Shown: positions 1-8,719 of the stretch, one piece after another
Numbering within the stretch: position 1 is the stretch's first letter
How the letters are laid out: every line of letters begins with the position of its first letter
Origin: a virus
Taxonomy: Duplodnaviria > Caudoviricetes
Virus record (IMG/VR): IMGVR_UViG_3300014818_000019
Span: 1-32,182 of that record
Direction: 5' to 3' (one strand)
Length of the DNA: 32,182 bases
Notes under the pieces: model-generated
Told to the model about the DNA's origin: nothing
Database searches by the model: none
Seen by the model: the letters and a program-made list of their open reading frames with translations, nothing else
Program-made: the position numbers and the translations under genes

Positions 1-100
1 ATGTATTAACCTACATGAAGGTGCGCGAATCGCAGCATGGTGATACGTTGGTTATCCGTGAATGGACACCTATGGAAATCGTGACCTACCGCACCGATGG
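1..100. repeat. Terminal overlap, left copy (circular assembly signature)
   Basis: 1-100 is identical to 32083-32182 except position 2 (T) versus 32084 (C). The reading frame is continuous across the join. Confidence 0.97.
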
Positions 101-863
101 CGAAACCGTCACAGTATTGGGTGAGATGGAAAACCCATTAGGCATGATTCCAGCTGTTTGTTTATACGGCCAACGCTCACCCATTAAAGGTATTGGCGTC
201 TCTAGCATTGGCGATATTGCCCAGATGCAAAAGGCTATCTACAATGAGCTATCCGAGATTGAGCAAATCATCCGCATTAGTAATCACCCTAGCCTAGTAA
301 AGTCTGAAAGCACCGATGCCAGTGCAGGGGCAGGCGGTATTATCACCGTTGAAGATGACGAGATGATGAAGCCCTATTTGTTGCAACCAAGTGCGGCAAG
401 CCTAACTTCAATCATGGCCTCCATTGATGCCAAGACCGAAGCAATTAACCGCATGAGCCATATGGGTGCAGTTCGAGGAAGTGAGGCATTAACCATGTCT
501 GGCGTTGCCTTGCAAAGCGAGTTTCAATTGCTCAATGCCAAACTATCCGAAAAGGCCGACTTGCTAGAGCTAGCAGAAGAACAGCTTTGGGATTTATTTT
601 GCATGTGGCAGGAAGTGACAAACGACATTGCCGTTGACTACCCAGACAGTTTTGACTTGCGCGACTATGCAACCGAGTTAGAGTTTTTGCAACGTGCGCG
701 AGCCAGTGGTGTATCTAGCAAGACGTTTATTCAAGGCGTAGATAAGGCCATTGCTGAACTAGTGCTTGCTGATGAAGACTTGGTTCAAGCAGTTAGTGAG
801 ATTGAGCAAAGCACAACGATTCTAGGTCAATTCAATGCACCACAAACAGGCCAGCCTGAATGA
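1..863 (+). CDS. Portal protein, C-terminal part (full gene is 31575 across the junction to 863, about 456 aa)
   Basis: ORF 15..863 is in frame with the ORF starting at 31575 through the terminal overlap. It lies between TerL and the head genes and has SPP1 gp6-like features (HP-LVK, SGVAL, YPDSFD). Confidence 0.9.
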   Translation, partial: VLTYMKVRESQHGDTLVIREWTPMEIVTYRTDGETVTVLGEMENPLGMIPAVCLYGQRSPIKGIGVSSIGDIAQMQKAIYNELSEIEQIIRISNHPSLVKSESTDASAGAGGIITVEDDEMMKPYLLQPSAASLTSIMASIDAKTEAINRMSHMGAVRGSEALTMSGVALQSEFQLLNAKLSEKADLLELAEEQLWDLFCMWQEVTNDIAVDYPDSFDLRDYATELEFLQRARASGVSSKTFIQGVDKAIAELVLADEDLVQAVSEIEQSTTILGQFNAPQTGQPE

Positions 864-1759
864 CAGCAGCCACCCATAGCAATAACCTTGACCGATTAGC
901 CGACTTACACAGCCAGCTAATGGGCGAGGCATTGCTAGAGTTGGAGAATGCGGCGGCTGGTATTGTTTCTAATCTGCCTGTACAAAATGGCAAACTGCAT
1001 GATTTAAACGCGGCTATATTCGCCCGTCAAGAATTGCAGCAATCCATGATTGACACGTTTATGAGCAATGCCCACGGCATAGTCGACAGTTATGACGAAG
1101 TAGTGGAAACGCTGATTACTCTGTATCAAGAAGTCTTGGAAGACGGCATATTACCAGCAACGCAAGCCGAATCAATGCGCCAACTAAAAACAATGGCGTT
1201 TCAAGGTTTTGAAGAAGTGGCAAACGCCCACCTAGAGTTGATGGCCCGTGAAGTGTATCAATCCACACTAACAGGCAGGGCCATTAATGAAACGGTGCAA
1301 TCCATACGCCATGCCATTAACGGCATTTACATTCAAAGCGATGATGATAAGGCACAAGCCCTAGTTGATTTTATCAGCGAGAATAAAGACGACATTACAA
1401 AAGCAGCGCAGGTAAATAAAGCCGTTGATATGCTCCATGCCGTTTATTCGCGTGACCGCCTAGGCAATAACCTTAGACGCTATGCCAATGTTTACGCGCA
1501 CGATGCTTTGATGCAATTTAGCGCATCCGCTAATATGTCAATTGCCACAGAACTAGAGATTGAACGGTGGGAATACTACGGCGACTCAATCACAGATACG
1601 CGTCAATGGTGCAAAGACCATGTAGGCCGTATAATGACAACGCAAGAAGTTAGGGATGAATGGGCAAGCGCAAGTTGGCAAGGTAAGTCAGCAGGCGACC
1701 CGTTTATAGTTCGTGGCGGCTATAATTGCCGTCATCATTTTGTACCAGTAGTAGATTAA
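860..1759 (+). CDS. Minor capsid / head morphogenesis protein (gp7/MuF-like)
   Basis: Directly after portal with ATGA overlap. C-terminal TRQWC...GGYNCRHHF motif is typical of this family. Confidence 0.8.
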   Translation: MTAATHSNNLDRLADLHSQLMGEALLELENAAAGIVSNLPVQNGKLHDLNAAIFARQELQQSMIDTFMSNAHGIVDSYDEVVETLITLYQEVLEDGILPATQAESMRQLKTMAFQGFEEVANAHLELMAREVYQSTLTGRAINETVQSIRHAINGIYIQSDDDKAQALVDFISENKDDITKAAQVNKAVDMLHAVYSRDRLGNNLRRYANVYAHDALMQFSASANMSIATELEIERWEYYGDSITDTRQWCKDHVGRIMTTQEVRDEWASASWQGKSAGDPFIVRGGYNCRHHFVPVVD

Positions 1760-1777
1760 CCAAACGGGGCAGTAATT

Positions 1778-2434
1778 ATGAGTGAAGAAAACGAAAACAA
1801 CGAAGAAAACAACACGCCAGCAGGAATGAGCCAAGCCGAAGTAGACAAGATTGTCGCTGACCGCTTGGCCCGTGAGCGCAAGAAGTTTGAAAAGAAATAC
1901 GAAGGCGTAGACCTAGACGCATATGGCAAATGGCAGCAAGACCAAGAAGCCGCCGAGCTAGAGCGCCAAAAGCAGGCAGGCGAATTTGATTCAGCCATGA
2001 AGAAGTTAGCCGAAACCAAGGATGCGGAAATTACCCGATTGCGTGGGCAAGTTACAACAACAGCCGTTGATGGTGAATTACTACGCGCAGCAAGCTCGCT
2101 ACAGGCCGTTGAGCCTACACAGGTGTCTAGCCTATTGCGCCGCAATATTCGCCTATCAGAAGACGGTAAAGCCGAGGTAGTTGACGATAAGGGTGCTATC
2201 CGCTATAGTGACGATGGAACGCCGTTAACCGTATCTTCATTGGTTGGCGAGTTCCTTACTACAAACCCGCATTTCGTCAAAGCCTCACAAGGTGGTGCAG
2301 GCAGTGCAGGTAACGTAGGTGGCAATACACTGAAGCCTAAATCAGTGGGTGATATGAATCCAGCGGAATACGCTGAACATCGTAGCAAGATTGGCCGTGG
2401 TCGTGTGACTGGCGGTTATATCAAACCCAATTAA
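1778..2434 (+). CDS. Capsid scaffolding protein
   Basis: Acidic N-terminus, SQAEVDKIVADRLARE motif, coiled-coil character, immediately upstream of the capsid gene. Confidence 0.85.
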   Translation: MSEENENNEENNTPAGMSQAEVDKIVADRLARERKKFEKKYEGVDLDAYGKWQQDQEAAELERQKQAGEFDSAMKKLAETKDAEITRLRGQVTTTAVDGELLRAASSLQAVEPTQVSSLLRRNIRLSEDGKAEVVDDKGAIRYSDDGTPLTVSSLVGEFLTTNPHFVKASQGGAGSAGNVGGNTLKPKSVGDMNPAEYAEHRSKIGRGRVTGGYIKPN

Positions 2435-2435
2435 G

Positions 2436-2487
2436 GCAAGGTGTATCCCAATGGTCATCTTGCATAAATAAATTTGTAAGGTGACCA
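2436..2487 (+). promoter_or_regulatory. Alternative hairpins over the capsid gene ribosome-binding site
   Basis: 2452-2464 (TGGTCATCTTGCA) pairs with 2475-2487 (TGTAAGGTGACCA), 13 bp with two G-U pairs. 2436-2443 (GCAAGGTG) can alternatively pair with 2456-2463. Confidence 0.55.
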
Positions 2488-2489
2488 AA

Positions 2490-3326
2490 ATGGCAGCATC
2501 AACTACTAGTACACTAGACGACCTGTTTAGTAATATCATCAAAGAAGCGATTTTCGTTTCCCAAGAAACCTCTTTAGTTCGCAATCTTGTGACCACTTAT
2601 GACATTTCTGGCGAAGCTGGTAAAGTCGTACAGGTTCCTGTTTATTCCGAACCATCCGCAGCAGCGTTGACCGAAGGCGCGGACATGTCTTCCACAGCCG
2701 TATCCACCACAAGCGTGAGCATCACAACCGCAGAAGCAGGCGTACAAGCCTTGCTAACTGACATGGCTGCTAAATCAGCTATGGGTGATGTTGCTGGTGA
2801 TCTAGGCCGTATCCTTGGTGAAGCAGTTGCTAAGAAGATGGACCAAGACTTGATCGGTTTGTTCTCTGGCTTCTCAACTGGCCAAGGCGCAGCAGCTCAA
2901 GAAATCACCGTAGCTGATATTTTCAAGGCAGCAGCCGTGTTGCGTGCTAACAACGCTGGTGGTACACCAAGCGCAGTTATTCACCCTTACCAAGCTTACC
3001 AGTTGAAGTCTAACCTAACCAACGCATTCGCTAACCCGAATGGTGGCGAATTGCAGAACCAAGCAATGCGTAACGGTTATGTAGGCACTATCGCTGGTGT
3101 TAACATCTTTGAATCTGCAAACATTGCGATTGACGGCTCAGGCGATGCTATTGGTGCATTGTTCACACCAGCCGCCCTAGGTTTGGCTGTTAAGTGGGAC
3201 ATCAACATTGAGCCACAGCGTGACGCTTCATTGCGCGGCTGGGAATTGAACGCCACTGCATCTTACGGTGTTGGTGAGTTGAAAGATTCTTACGGTCAGA
3301 GCCTAACCTTTGATGCTGCCCTTTAG
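2490..3326 (+). CDS. Major capsid protein (HK97 fold)
   Basis: About 278 aa after the scaffold, with ALTEG, KKMDQDL, VIHP and GTIAGVNIFES motifs and a C-terminal YGVGEL. ATG 2490 is preferred over GTG 2481 because TAAGGTG lies just upstream. Confidence 0.92.
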   Translation: MAASTTSTLDDLFSNIIKEAIFVSQETSLVRNLVTTYDISGEAGKVVQVPVYSEPSAAALTEGADMSSTAVSTTSVSITTAEAGVQALLTDMAAKSAMGDVAGDLGRILGEAVAKKMDQDLIGLFSGFSTGQGAAAQEITVADIFKAAAVLRANNAGGTPSAVIHPYQAYQLKSNLTNAFANPNGGELQNQAMRNGYVGTIAGVNIFESANIAIDGSGDAIGALFTPAALGLAVKWDINIEPQRDASLRGWELNATASYGVGELKDSYGQSLTFDAAL

Positions 3327-3337
3327 GAGATAGCATC

Positions 3338-3760
3338 ATGGCCATGAGTTCTGATGCCGATTTAACGGCAATACAGCCAGATATTCTAACCCTTGGAATT
3401 GACTCATTCGTGAGTGAACACTCCAAGGCTAAGGCTGACATTGAGCGTAGGCTTCGGAATGAATGGTGGCTAAATAAAGGGCTTGGCGGTGAACCCGACA
3501 TGACCCTTATCACTGAATCTCAATTCACAAAAGCAGCAGCCTATTTAGTGCTTTGGAAGTATGCCTTGCCACAGCTGGCAACGTGGGCAACCGAAGATCG
3601 CTTTTCGGCAATGATGACCTTTTATAAAGGATTATACGAAGACGAGATTCAGGACATATTTTTGGATGGCGTGGAATACGATGCAGATAATGACAGTGTT
3701 ATTACAGCAACGGAAAAAGCGCCAGTCCAGCTAGGCAGAACCGAAAGGCTGGCTAGGTAG
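3338..3760 (+). CDS. Head-tail adaptor (head completion) protein
   Basis: Position directly after the capsid gene, 140 aa helical protein, AGGAG RBS. Confidence 0.65.
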   Translation: MAMSSDADLTAIQPDILTLGIDSFVSEHSKAKADIERRLRNEWWLNKGLGGEPDMTLITESQFTKAAAYLVLWKYALPQLATWATEDRFSAMMTFYKGLYEDEIQDIFLDGVEYDADNDSVITATEKAPVQLGRTERLAR

Positions 3761-4212
3761 TGGAAATTACCACTAGCGTTAATATTGGCGGTGTGTTGAA
3801 TGCCCTTAAAATGGCTAGAACAACCCCAGTACAGCAAGCAAGGGCTTTAAAAAAAGCAGCTCTAGGCCATGTACGGGATATAAAAACACGCACAGCCGAT
3901 GGGGAAGGTTTGCGAGGGCCATTTAAAGGTTACTCGGAATCCTACTCAGAAATGCTGGTAGAGCGAAGGTTTGGCAAGAATAAACCAAAAGGCGGCAAAG
4001 ACCCGTTGAAGGTTAATTTGTTTTATTCGGGTAGGATGCTGGCAAATTTAGGTGTTGTTAAGGTTACACCTAACTTTGCTTTAGTATCGTTTCGCAGCGT
4101 AATAGAGCGAAAGAAGGCCAAGGCTAATCAAAGGACACGCCCATTCATGGGCATAACCCGCGATGAACAAAAGATAATCGTTAAACGATTTAAGCGAGCA
4201 CTATTTAAATGA
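3760..4212 (+). CDS. Neck / virion morphogenesis protein
   Basis: Basic 150 aa protein with VNL..SGRML and RPFMG motifs, in the neck position. Confidence 0.65.
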   Translation: MEITTSVNIGGVLNALKMARTTPVQQARALKKAALGHVRDIKTRTADGEGLRGPFKGYSESYSEMLVERRFGKNKPKGGKDPLKVNLFYSGRMLANLGVVKVTPNFALVSFRSVIERKKAKANQRTRPFMGITRDEQKIIVKRFKRALFK

Positions 4213-4640
4213 GCATTCGAGAAAGCATAGCTGCAAACTTGGTTACAACGCTAACCAACATGACAGTGCCTATCACGCTCAAAAAGGTGACCCGCGACCC
4301 GTTCGATTATGAGCGTTTAAGCAACGCACAGTTCCCAGCAGCGTGGGTACAGTCAGGCGATGAAAGCCGCGAGGATATTTCATCTGGCGTGACCATTCGG
4401 CGACTTGGCACAATCACATATCGCATTGTCGGCTTTGTTAAAGGCTCAAGCCTAGACACAGCACGAAATGAGATGGTTGAAGCCATTGAGGAAGTATTGG
4501 ACACAGACCGAACCCGTGGCGGCTTTGCCTTAGATACTCAAGTAGTATCGGTAGGTACAGACGAAGGAACGCTTGAACCAGTGGGCGGCATTACAATGGA
4601 CGTAGTGGTTAAATATGTTTATAGCAAAGGTGTAAGCTAA
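4209..4640 (+). CDS. Tail terminator / tail completion protein
   Basis: MSIRESI N-terminus, FPA, DRTRGG motifs; precedes the tail tube gene. Confidence 0.7.
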   Translation: MSIRESIAANLVTTLTNMTVPITLKKVTRDPFDYERLSNAQFPAAWVQSGDESREDISSGVTIRRLGTITYRIVGFVKGSSLDTARNEMVEAIEEVLDTDRTRGGFALDTQVVSVGTDEGTLEPVGGITMDVVVKYVYSKGVS

Positions 4641-4777
4641 TGAAAATGTACAAAGGCAAAGAGTGCGTCGATGTTCACGCCTCACAGATTACCACAATGA
4701 TTAACCGTGGTTGGGGCAAATCAGCACCAGCCGCAAAACCTAAGAAAGTAACCACCAAGGAGGCCGACAATGGCTAA
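4640..4777 (+). CDS. Small basic protein, 45 aa (MKMYKGKECVDVHASQITTMINRGWGKSAPAAKPKK...), not in ORF track
   Basis: TAATG coupling to the upstream gene. It fills the gap exactly and overlaps the tail tube start. Confidence 0.65.
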   Translation: MKMYKGKECVDVHASQITTMINRGWGKSAPAAKPKKVTTKEADNG

Positions 4778-5156
4778 CCACAGCGGCTCAGAAGGCCTAG
4801 TAAAAATCGGCGCATCCACAGTTGGTGAATTGCGTTCTTATTCAATTTCAGAAACAGCAGGTACGATTGAGGACACAACCTTAACCGATACCGCCAAGAC
4901 GTACAAAGCAGGCCAAACCACTTGGTCAGGTTCTTGTGATGCGTTTTGGGATGAAACCGATGCAGGCCAAACAGCTATCACGGCTGGCGCAAGCGTAACG
5001 CTTAACTTCTACCCAGAAGGCGACACAAGCGGCGATACTTATGCAAGCGGCTCAGCCCTTGTAACTGAAATCAGCACCAGCTCAAGTATTGATGGCATGG
5101 TCGAGGTTAGCTTTAGCTTCCAAGGATCAGGCGCATTAACATGGGCAACCGTGTAA
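4770..5156 (+). CDS. Major tail (tube) protein
   Basis: 128 aa, Ser/Thr/Gly-rich, with WSGSCD and SFSFQGSGAL motifs and a strong AAGGAGG RBS. Confidence 0.85.
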   Translation: MANHSGSEGLVKIGASTVGELRSYSISETAGTIEDTTLTDTAKTYKAGQTTWSGSCDAFWDETDAGQTAITAGASVTLNFYPEGDTSGDTYASGSALVTEISTSSSIDGMVEVSFSFQGSGALTWATV

Positions 5157-5162
5157 CATAGT

Positions 5163-5215
5163 TTCATTGGCTAGATGTAAGTCGAAAAGGCTCTCCCCGT
5201 GGCTCTGCCAGTGGA
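5163..5215 (+). ncRNA. Structured three-stem RNA, c4/c4-2 antisense-RNA-like
   Basis: P1 5163-5171/5207-5215; P2 GAT-GTAA-GTC (GNRA loop); GAAAA junction; P3 GGCT/GGCT enclosing loop CTCCCCGT. It fills an intergenic gap in an otherwise overlapping operon. The family resemblance is from memory, not a covariance search. Confidence 0.55.
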
Positions 5216-5247
5216 TTCAAACGGGGAACAATTAACGGGGAATTATT

Positions 5248-5604
5248 ATGAGTGCAATTTTAGAAGCAGCAAAAACGCAGTTCCGTGACCGCATGAGCGG
5301 CAAGCTACAAAGCTCGGAAGTGCCAGAATGGATTGTTGATGGGAACCCAACGGTTATCTATTACAAGCCTTCAATGAATTTTAAAGATCAGGGTGAAGTG
5401 TTAAAACTCCATGCTGATAATAAGCAAGCCGAAGCCGTGGCCATGACCTTTATTTTAAGGGCAATGGACGAAGACGGAACCAAGCTATTTAAGCGAGCCA
5501 ATTTAACTGAGATGATGCGAAGCATGGACCCAGAAATTATTAGCCGCATTGTGTCTGAAATGGGCGGTGATGACCCCGACATGGATGACGCAACAAAAAA
5601 CTAA
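5248..5604 (+). CDS. Tail assembly chaperone (lambda gpG-like)
   Basis: Between the tail tube and tape measure genes; ends at a slippery site. Confidence 0.85.
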   Translation: MSAILEAAKTQFRDRMSGKLQSSEVPEWIVDGNPTVIYYKPSMNFKDQGEVLKLHADNKQAEAVAMTFILRAMDEDGTKLFKRANLTEMMRSMDPEIISRIVSEMGGDDPDMDDATKN

Positions 5605-5741
5605 AACAAGATCATGATTTACGCTTCGCTATGCAATTGGCGGAGCATCTTCATAAGACACTTGAAGAAATTATGGTCTTAACCACAGACGAAATCATCT
5701 TGTGGGCCGCTTACTTGGAGTTGAAGAATAATGGCAAATGA
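5595..5741 (+). CDS. -1 frameshift extension of the chaperone (gpGT-like; ...LKQDHDLRFAMQLAEHLHKTLEEIMVLTTDEIILWAAYLELKNNGK)
   Basis: Heptamer A AAA AAC at 5595-5601 directly before TAA. The -1 frame stays open to TGA 5739-5741, overlapping the tape measure start. Confidence 0.85.
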   Translation, partial: KKLKQDHDLRFAMQLAEHLHKTLEEIMVLTTDEIILWAAYLELKNNGK

Positions 5742-7602
5742 AAACGTAAACATAGTCATTAAAGCGGTCGACAAGACCAAGAAATCATTTAGGGCGGTTA
5801 CTGTTGGCTTGAATGCCATTAAGAAAGCCGCCTTTTCTATGAAATCTGCATTAATCGCAGTCGGTATAGCTGGCTTCGGTTTCCTCGTTAAGAAATCTCT
5901 TAATGCCACAGACGCTCTAGGCAAGATGGCCGACAAGATCGGCATAGGAACAGCCGAATTAGGCGGCCTAAGACACGCAGCAGAATTAACAGGCATTGCC
6001 ACTAATACCTTAGACATGGGCTTACAGCGCATGGTTAGGCGTATCTCCGAGGCAGCAGCAGGGACGGGCGAAGCTAAAGGCGCATTGATTGAGCTAGGTT
6101 TAAGTGCCGAAGCATTAAACAAGCTATCACCAGATCAACAATTCAAAGCCATTGCCGATGCAATGGAGGGCGTTACTGAACAGGGCGAAAAGGTTCGCCT
6201 AGCCATGAAGCTATTTGACAGTGAAGGCGTGGCGCTGGTTAACACACTCAAAGGTGGTAGTGCTGCCATTAGTGAAATGGAACAAGAAGCCGAGCGTTTA
6301 GGTTTACGCCTTAGTCGCGGGTTAGTTGCGGGTGTTGAAAAAGCAAATGATGCAATGGGCACTCTAGGCTCTTATGTTGCAAATGTATTCCACCGCACAG
6401 TCGCCGAGTTAGCACCAGCCATTGAGGCAGTGACAATTAAGATCCGAGAATGGATGGAAGCATCAATTCAAGCAGCAGGTGGCCCTAAAGAATTTGCTAG
6501 GGGCATTGCAAGCGCATTTCTTGAAGCATCGAAGGGTGTTGTTACAGCAATTGGCGCTATGATAAACGGCCTTATTGTAGGGATTAACGGAATAGGCAGG
6601 GCAGTACAGGCAGTTTTAAACTTAATTCCTTCTGTTCTTCCAGACCTTGAGTTCCTAAACAATAAAATCATTGCCACTGCAAATCGAATAACCAAAATGG
6701 AAGATGCAAGCGTAAATACTGCACAAAGAAAGCAGAAAATTAATGCCGCATCTTTAGCAGCCGCCAAGTTAGAGTTAGCAAACTTAAAAGAACAGGTTGA
6801 GCTAGGCGAATACACACAAACATTCAAACCCATTAAGCTGATTGAAACCGAGAGTGCTCTAAAAACACTAACAGAACTTCAAACAAAACTATCAGAAGCA
6901 GGAACTGTGTTGGGCGACACAACTACGACAGGTGTTAGCATGGGCGGCGTTGCATCTATAGATTTAATAGCACAAGCAGCAGAAAAGCGTATTGATTTGC
7001 AAAATCAGGGTAATTCTAGGTATGAAAGCGCCCAAGCAGAACACTATAGAAATCTAATTGATCAGACGCATTTGTACTTGCAAAAACAAAGCGCCATGCA
7101 AAAGGCGTCCAAAGTTAAAGACTTTGGCGATTTGAAAAAAGAAGGTAAGGACACACTTTCAACACTTAGCGGCCACTACAAAGAAGCGTTTGCACTAAAC
7201 AAAGCATTTGCCATTAAAGACGCCATTGTAAATACATTTACAGCGGTTTCTAAGGCGTTAGCCTCTGCACCATTTCCAATAAATCTAGGTCTTGGTGCCT
7301 TAGCACTAGCCAACGGTATGGCGCAAGTTCAGTCTATTCGTGCAACCAGTTTCCGAGAAAAAGGCGGCCCAGTATCGGCAGGTAGCCCATACATTGTTGG
7401 CGAGCGTGGCCCTGAATTAATAGTGCCTAGCCAAGCGGCTAACGTGATACCAAACGACCAACTAGGCGGCAACAACGTCACCATTAACGTGACCACAAAC
7501 GATGCTAATGGCTTTGATGACCTATTAACCCGTAGCCGTGGTACACTATTGGGACTGATGAACCAAGCGTTGAATGAGAACGGAAGGCCCGCACTTGTAT
7601 GA
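5731..7602 (+). CDS. Tail tape measure protein
   Basis: 623 aa Ala/Gly/Leu-rich helical protein with the C-terminal GGPV..G.PYIVGERGPEL motif. Confidence 0.93.
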   Translation: MANENVNIVIKAVDKTKKSFRAVTVGLNAIKKAAFSMKSALIAVGIAGFGFLVKKSLNATDALGKMADKIGIGTAELGGLRHAAELTGIATNTLDMGLQRMVRRISEAAAGTGEAKGALIELGLSAEALNKLSPDQQFKAIADAMEGVTEQGEKVRLAMKLFDSEGVALVNTLKGGSAAISEMEQEAERLGLRLSRGLVAGVEKANDAMGTLGSYVANVFHRTVAELAPAIEAVTIKIREWMEASIQAAGGPKEFARGIASAFLEASKGVVTAIGAMINGLIVGINGIGRAVQAVLNLIPSVLPDLEFLNNKIIATANRITKMEDASVNTAQRKQKINAASLAAAKLELANLKEQVELGEYTQTFKPIKLIETESALKTLTELQTKLSEAGTVLGDTTTTGVSMGGVASIDLIAQAAEKRIDLQNQGNSRYESAQAEHYRNLIDQTHLYLQKQSAMQKASKVKDFGDLKKEGKDTLSTLSGHYKEAFALNKAFAIKDAIVNTFTAVSKALASAPFPINLGLGALALANGMAQVQSIRATSFREKGGPVSAGSPYIVGERGPELIVPSQAANVIPNDQLGGNNVTINVTTNDANGFDDLLTRSRGTLLGLMNQALNENGRPALV

Positions 7603-8168
7603 GTTACCCAACAACCCCAGCGTTTAACGCCATTAACCTAAAGTCTAACGACCCAACATTAATGAGCACGGCCGTTAATGGCCGCATGCAAAGCCGCAAG
7701 ATTGGCGGGCAGAAGTGGTCGTTTACCGCGTCCTACGCCACCATGACCCGTAGCGAATTTAACCCTGTATTTGCGTTTGTAACAGGCCAACGCGGTATGC
7801 ACGGCGTGTTTACAGTGGTTCCCACCGGCATTGCTACCACCAGCGGCTCAGGAACGGGCACAGTGACGACTTCGGCAGCAAGTAAGGGCGTTACTTCGGT
7901 TTCAGTAACGGGCCTCACAGGAGATTTAAAGGCGGGTGACGTTGTTAAGTTTTCAGGCCATGATAAAGTCTATATGCTCACGGCTGATCGCTCAGGCGAT
8001 GGCGCGCTAACAATTACGCCACCATTAATTGAGGCGGTGGGTACTGAGCAAGTTATTTATTCTGATGTGCCTTTTACAGTGCGCCTAGCAAACGATGTTC
8101 AGGGCTATAAAGTCAGCTCAGGTATGTTCTACAAATACGAGGTTGATTTTGTCGAGGCGCTATTATGA
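7599..8168 (+). CDS. Distal tail protein
   Basis: Directly after the tape measure gene (ATGA overlap); LKAGDVVKF..H.KVY and ITPPL motifs. Confidence 0.7.
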   Translation: MSYPTTPAFNAINLKSNDPTLMSTAVNGRMQSRKIGGQKWSFTASYATMTRSEFNPVFAFVTGQRGMHGVFTVVPTGIATTSGSGTGTVTTSAASKGVTSVSVTGLTGDLKAGDVVKFSGHDKVYMLTADRSGDGALTITPPLIEAVGTEQVIYSDVPFTVRLANDVQGYKVSSGMFYKYEVDFVEALL

Positions 8169-8719
8169 GCCGTGGCATACATACAGACGTTATTGCTGAA
8201 TTAGCTAAGGGTTCGTTTAATACGGCGTTCCTCGTTAAAATTGATTTTGCTACCCCTGTATATTTGACAGATTATGCACACGACATTTTGTACAGCTCAA
8301 TCAGCTATGACTCAGGCGGTCAATTATTAAATATCACTCCTATCAATGAAACGTCCAGCATCACTGTTGGTAGTATTAGCATCAATTTATCAAGTGTTCA
8401 CCAAGCAACTATCGCCACGCTGTTAAGTGAAAATTATATTGACAAGCAAGTTGTTGTTAGCCGTGTCGTATTGACTAATGCGGGCGTGATTATTGGCGAC
8501 CCTATTGTTGTTTATAGTGGCCGAATTTCTCACTTTTCAATCAAAGACTCAGATAAATCCAGCAAAGTGAATTTGGTAGTAACGAGTCATTGGGCTGATT
8601 TTGATCTAAAAGCTGGTCGTAAAACAAACGACAGTAGCCAGCAAATGTTCTTTTCAGGCGATAAAGGCATGGAATTTAGTGGGTTAATGACAGAAGACAT
8701 TAAGTGGGGAAGGGTATGA
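8165..8719 (+). CDS. Baseplate hub / minor tail protein (DUF2163-like)
   Basis: Position after the distal tail gene; GRKTN..SQ...FSGDKGMEF and terminal IKWG motifs. Confidence 0.7.
   Translation: MSRGIHTDVIAELAKGSFNTAFLVKIDFATPVYLTDYAHDILYSSISYDSGGQLLNITPINETSSITVGSISINLSSVHQATIATLLSENYIDKQVVVSRVVLTNAGVIIGDPIVVYSGRISHFSIKDSDKSSKVNLVVTSHWADFDLKAGRKTNDSSQQMFFSGDKGMEFSGLMTEDIKWGRV

Noticed and set aside
1-100. Biological direct terminal repeat
   Set aside because: It falls mid-portal and is about 100 nt long, which fits an assembler overlap on a circular or permuted genome rather than true ends.
5163-5215. tRNA or self-cleaving ribozyme
   Set aside because: No T-loop/anticodon cloverleaf. A GAAA is present, but the hammerhead CUGANGA core is absent.
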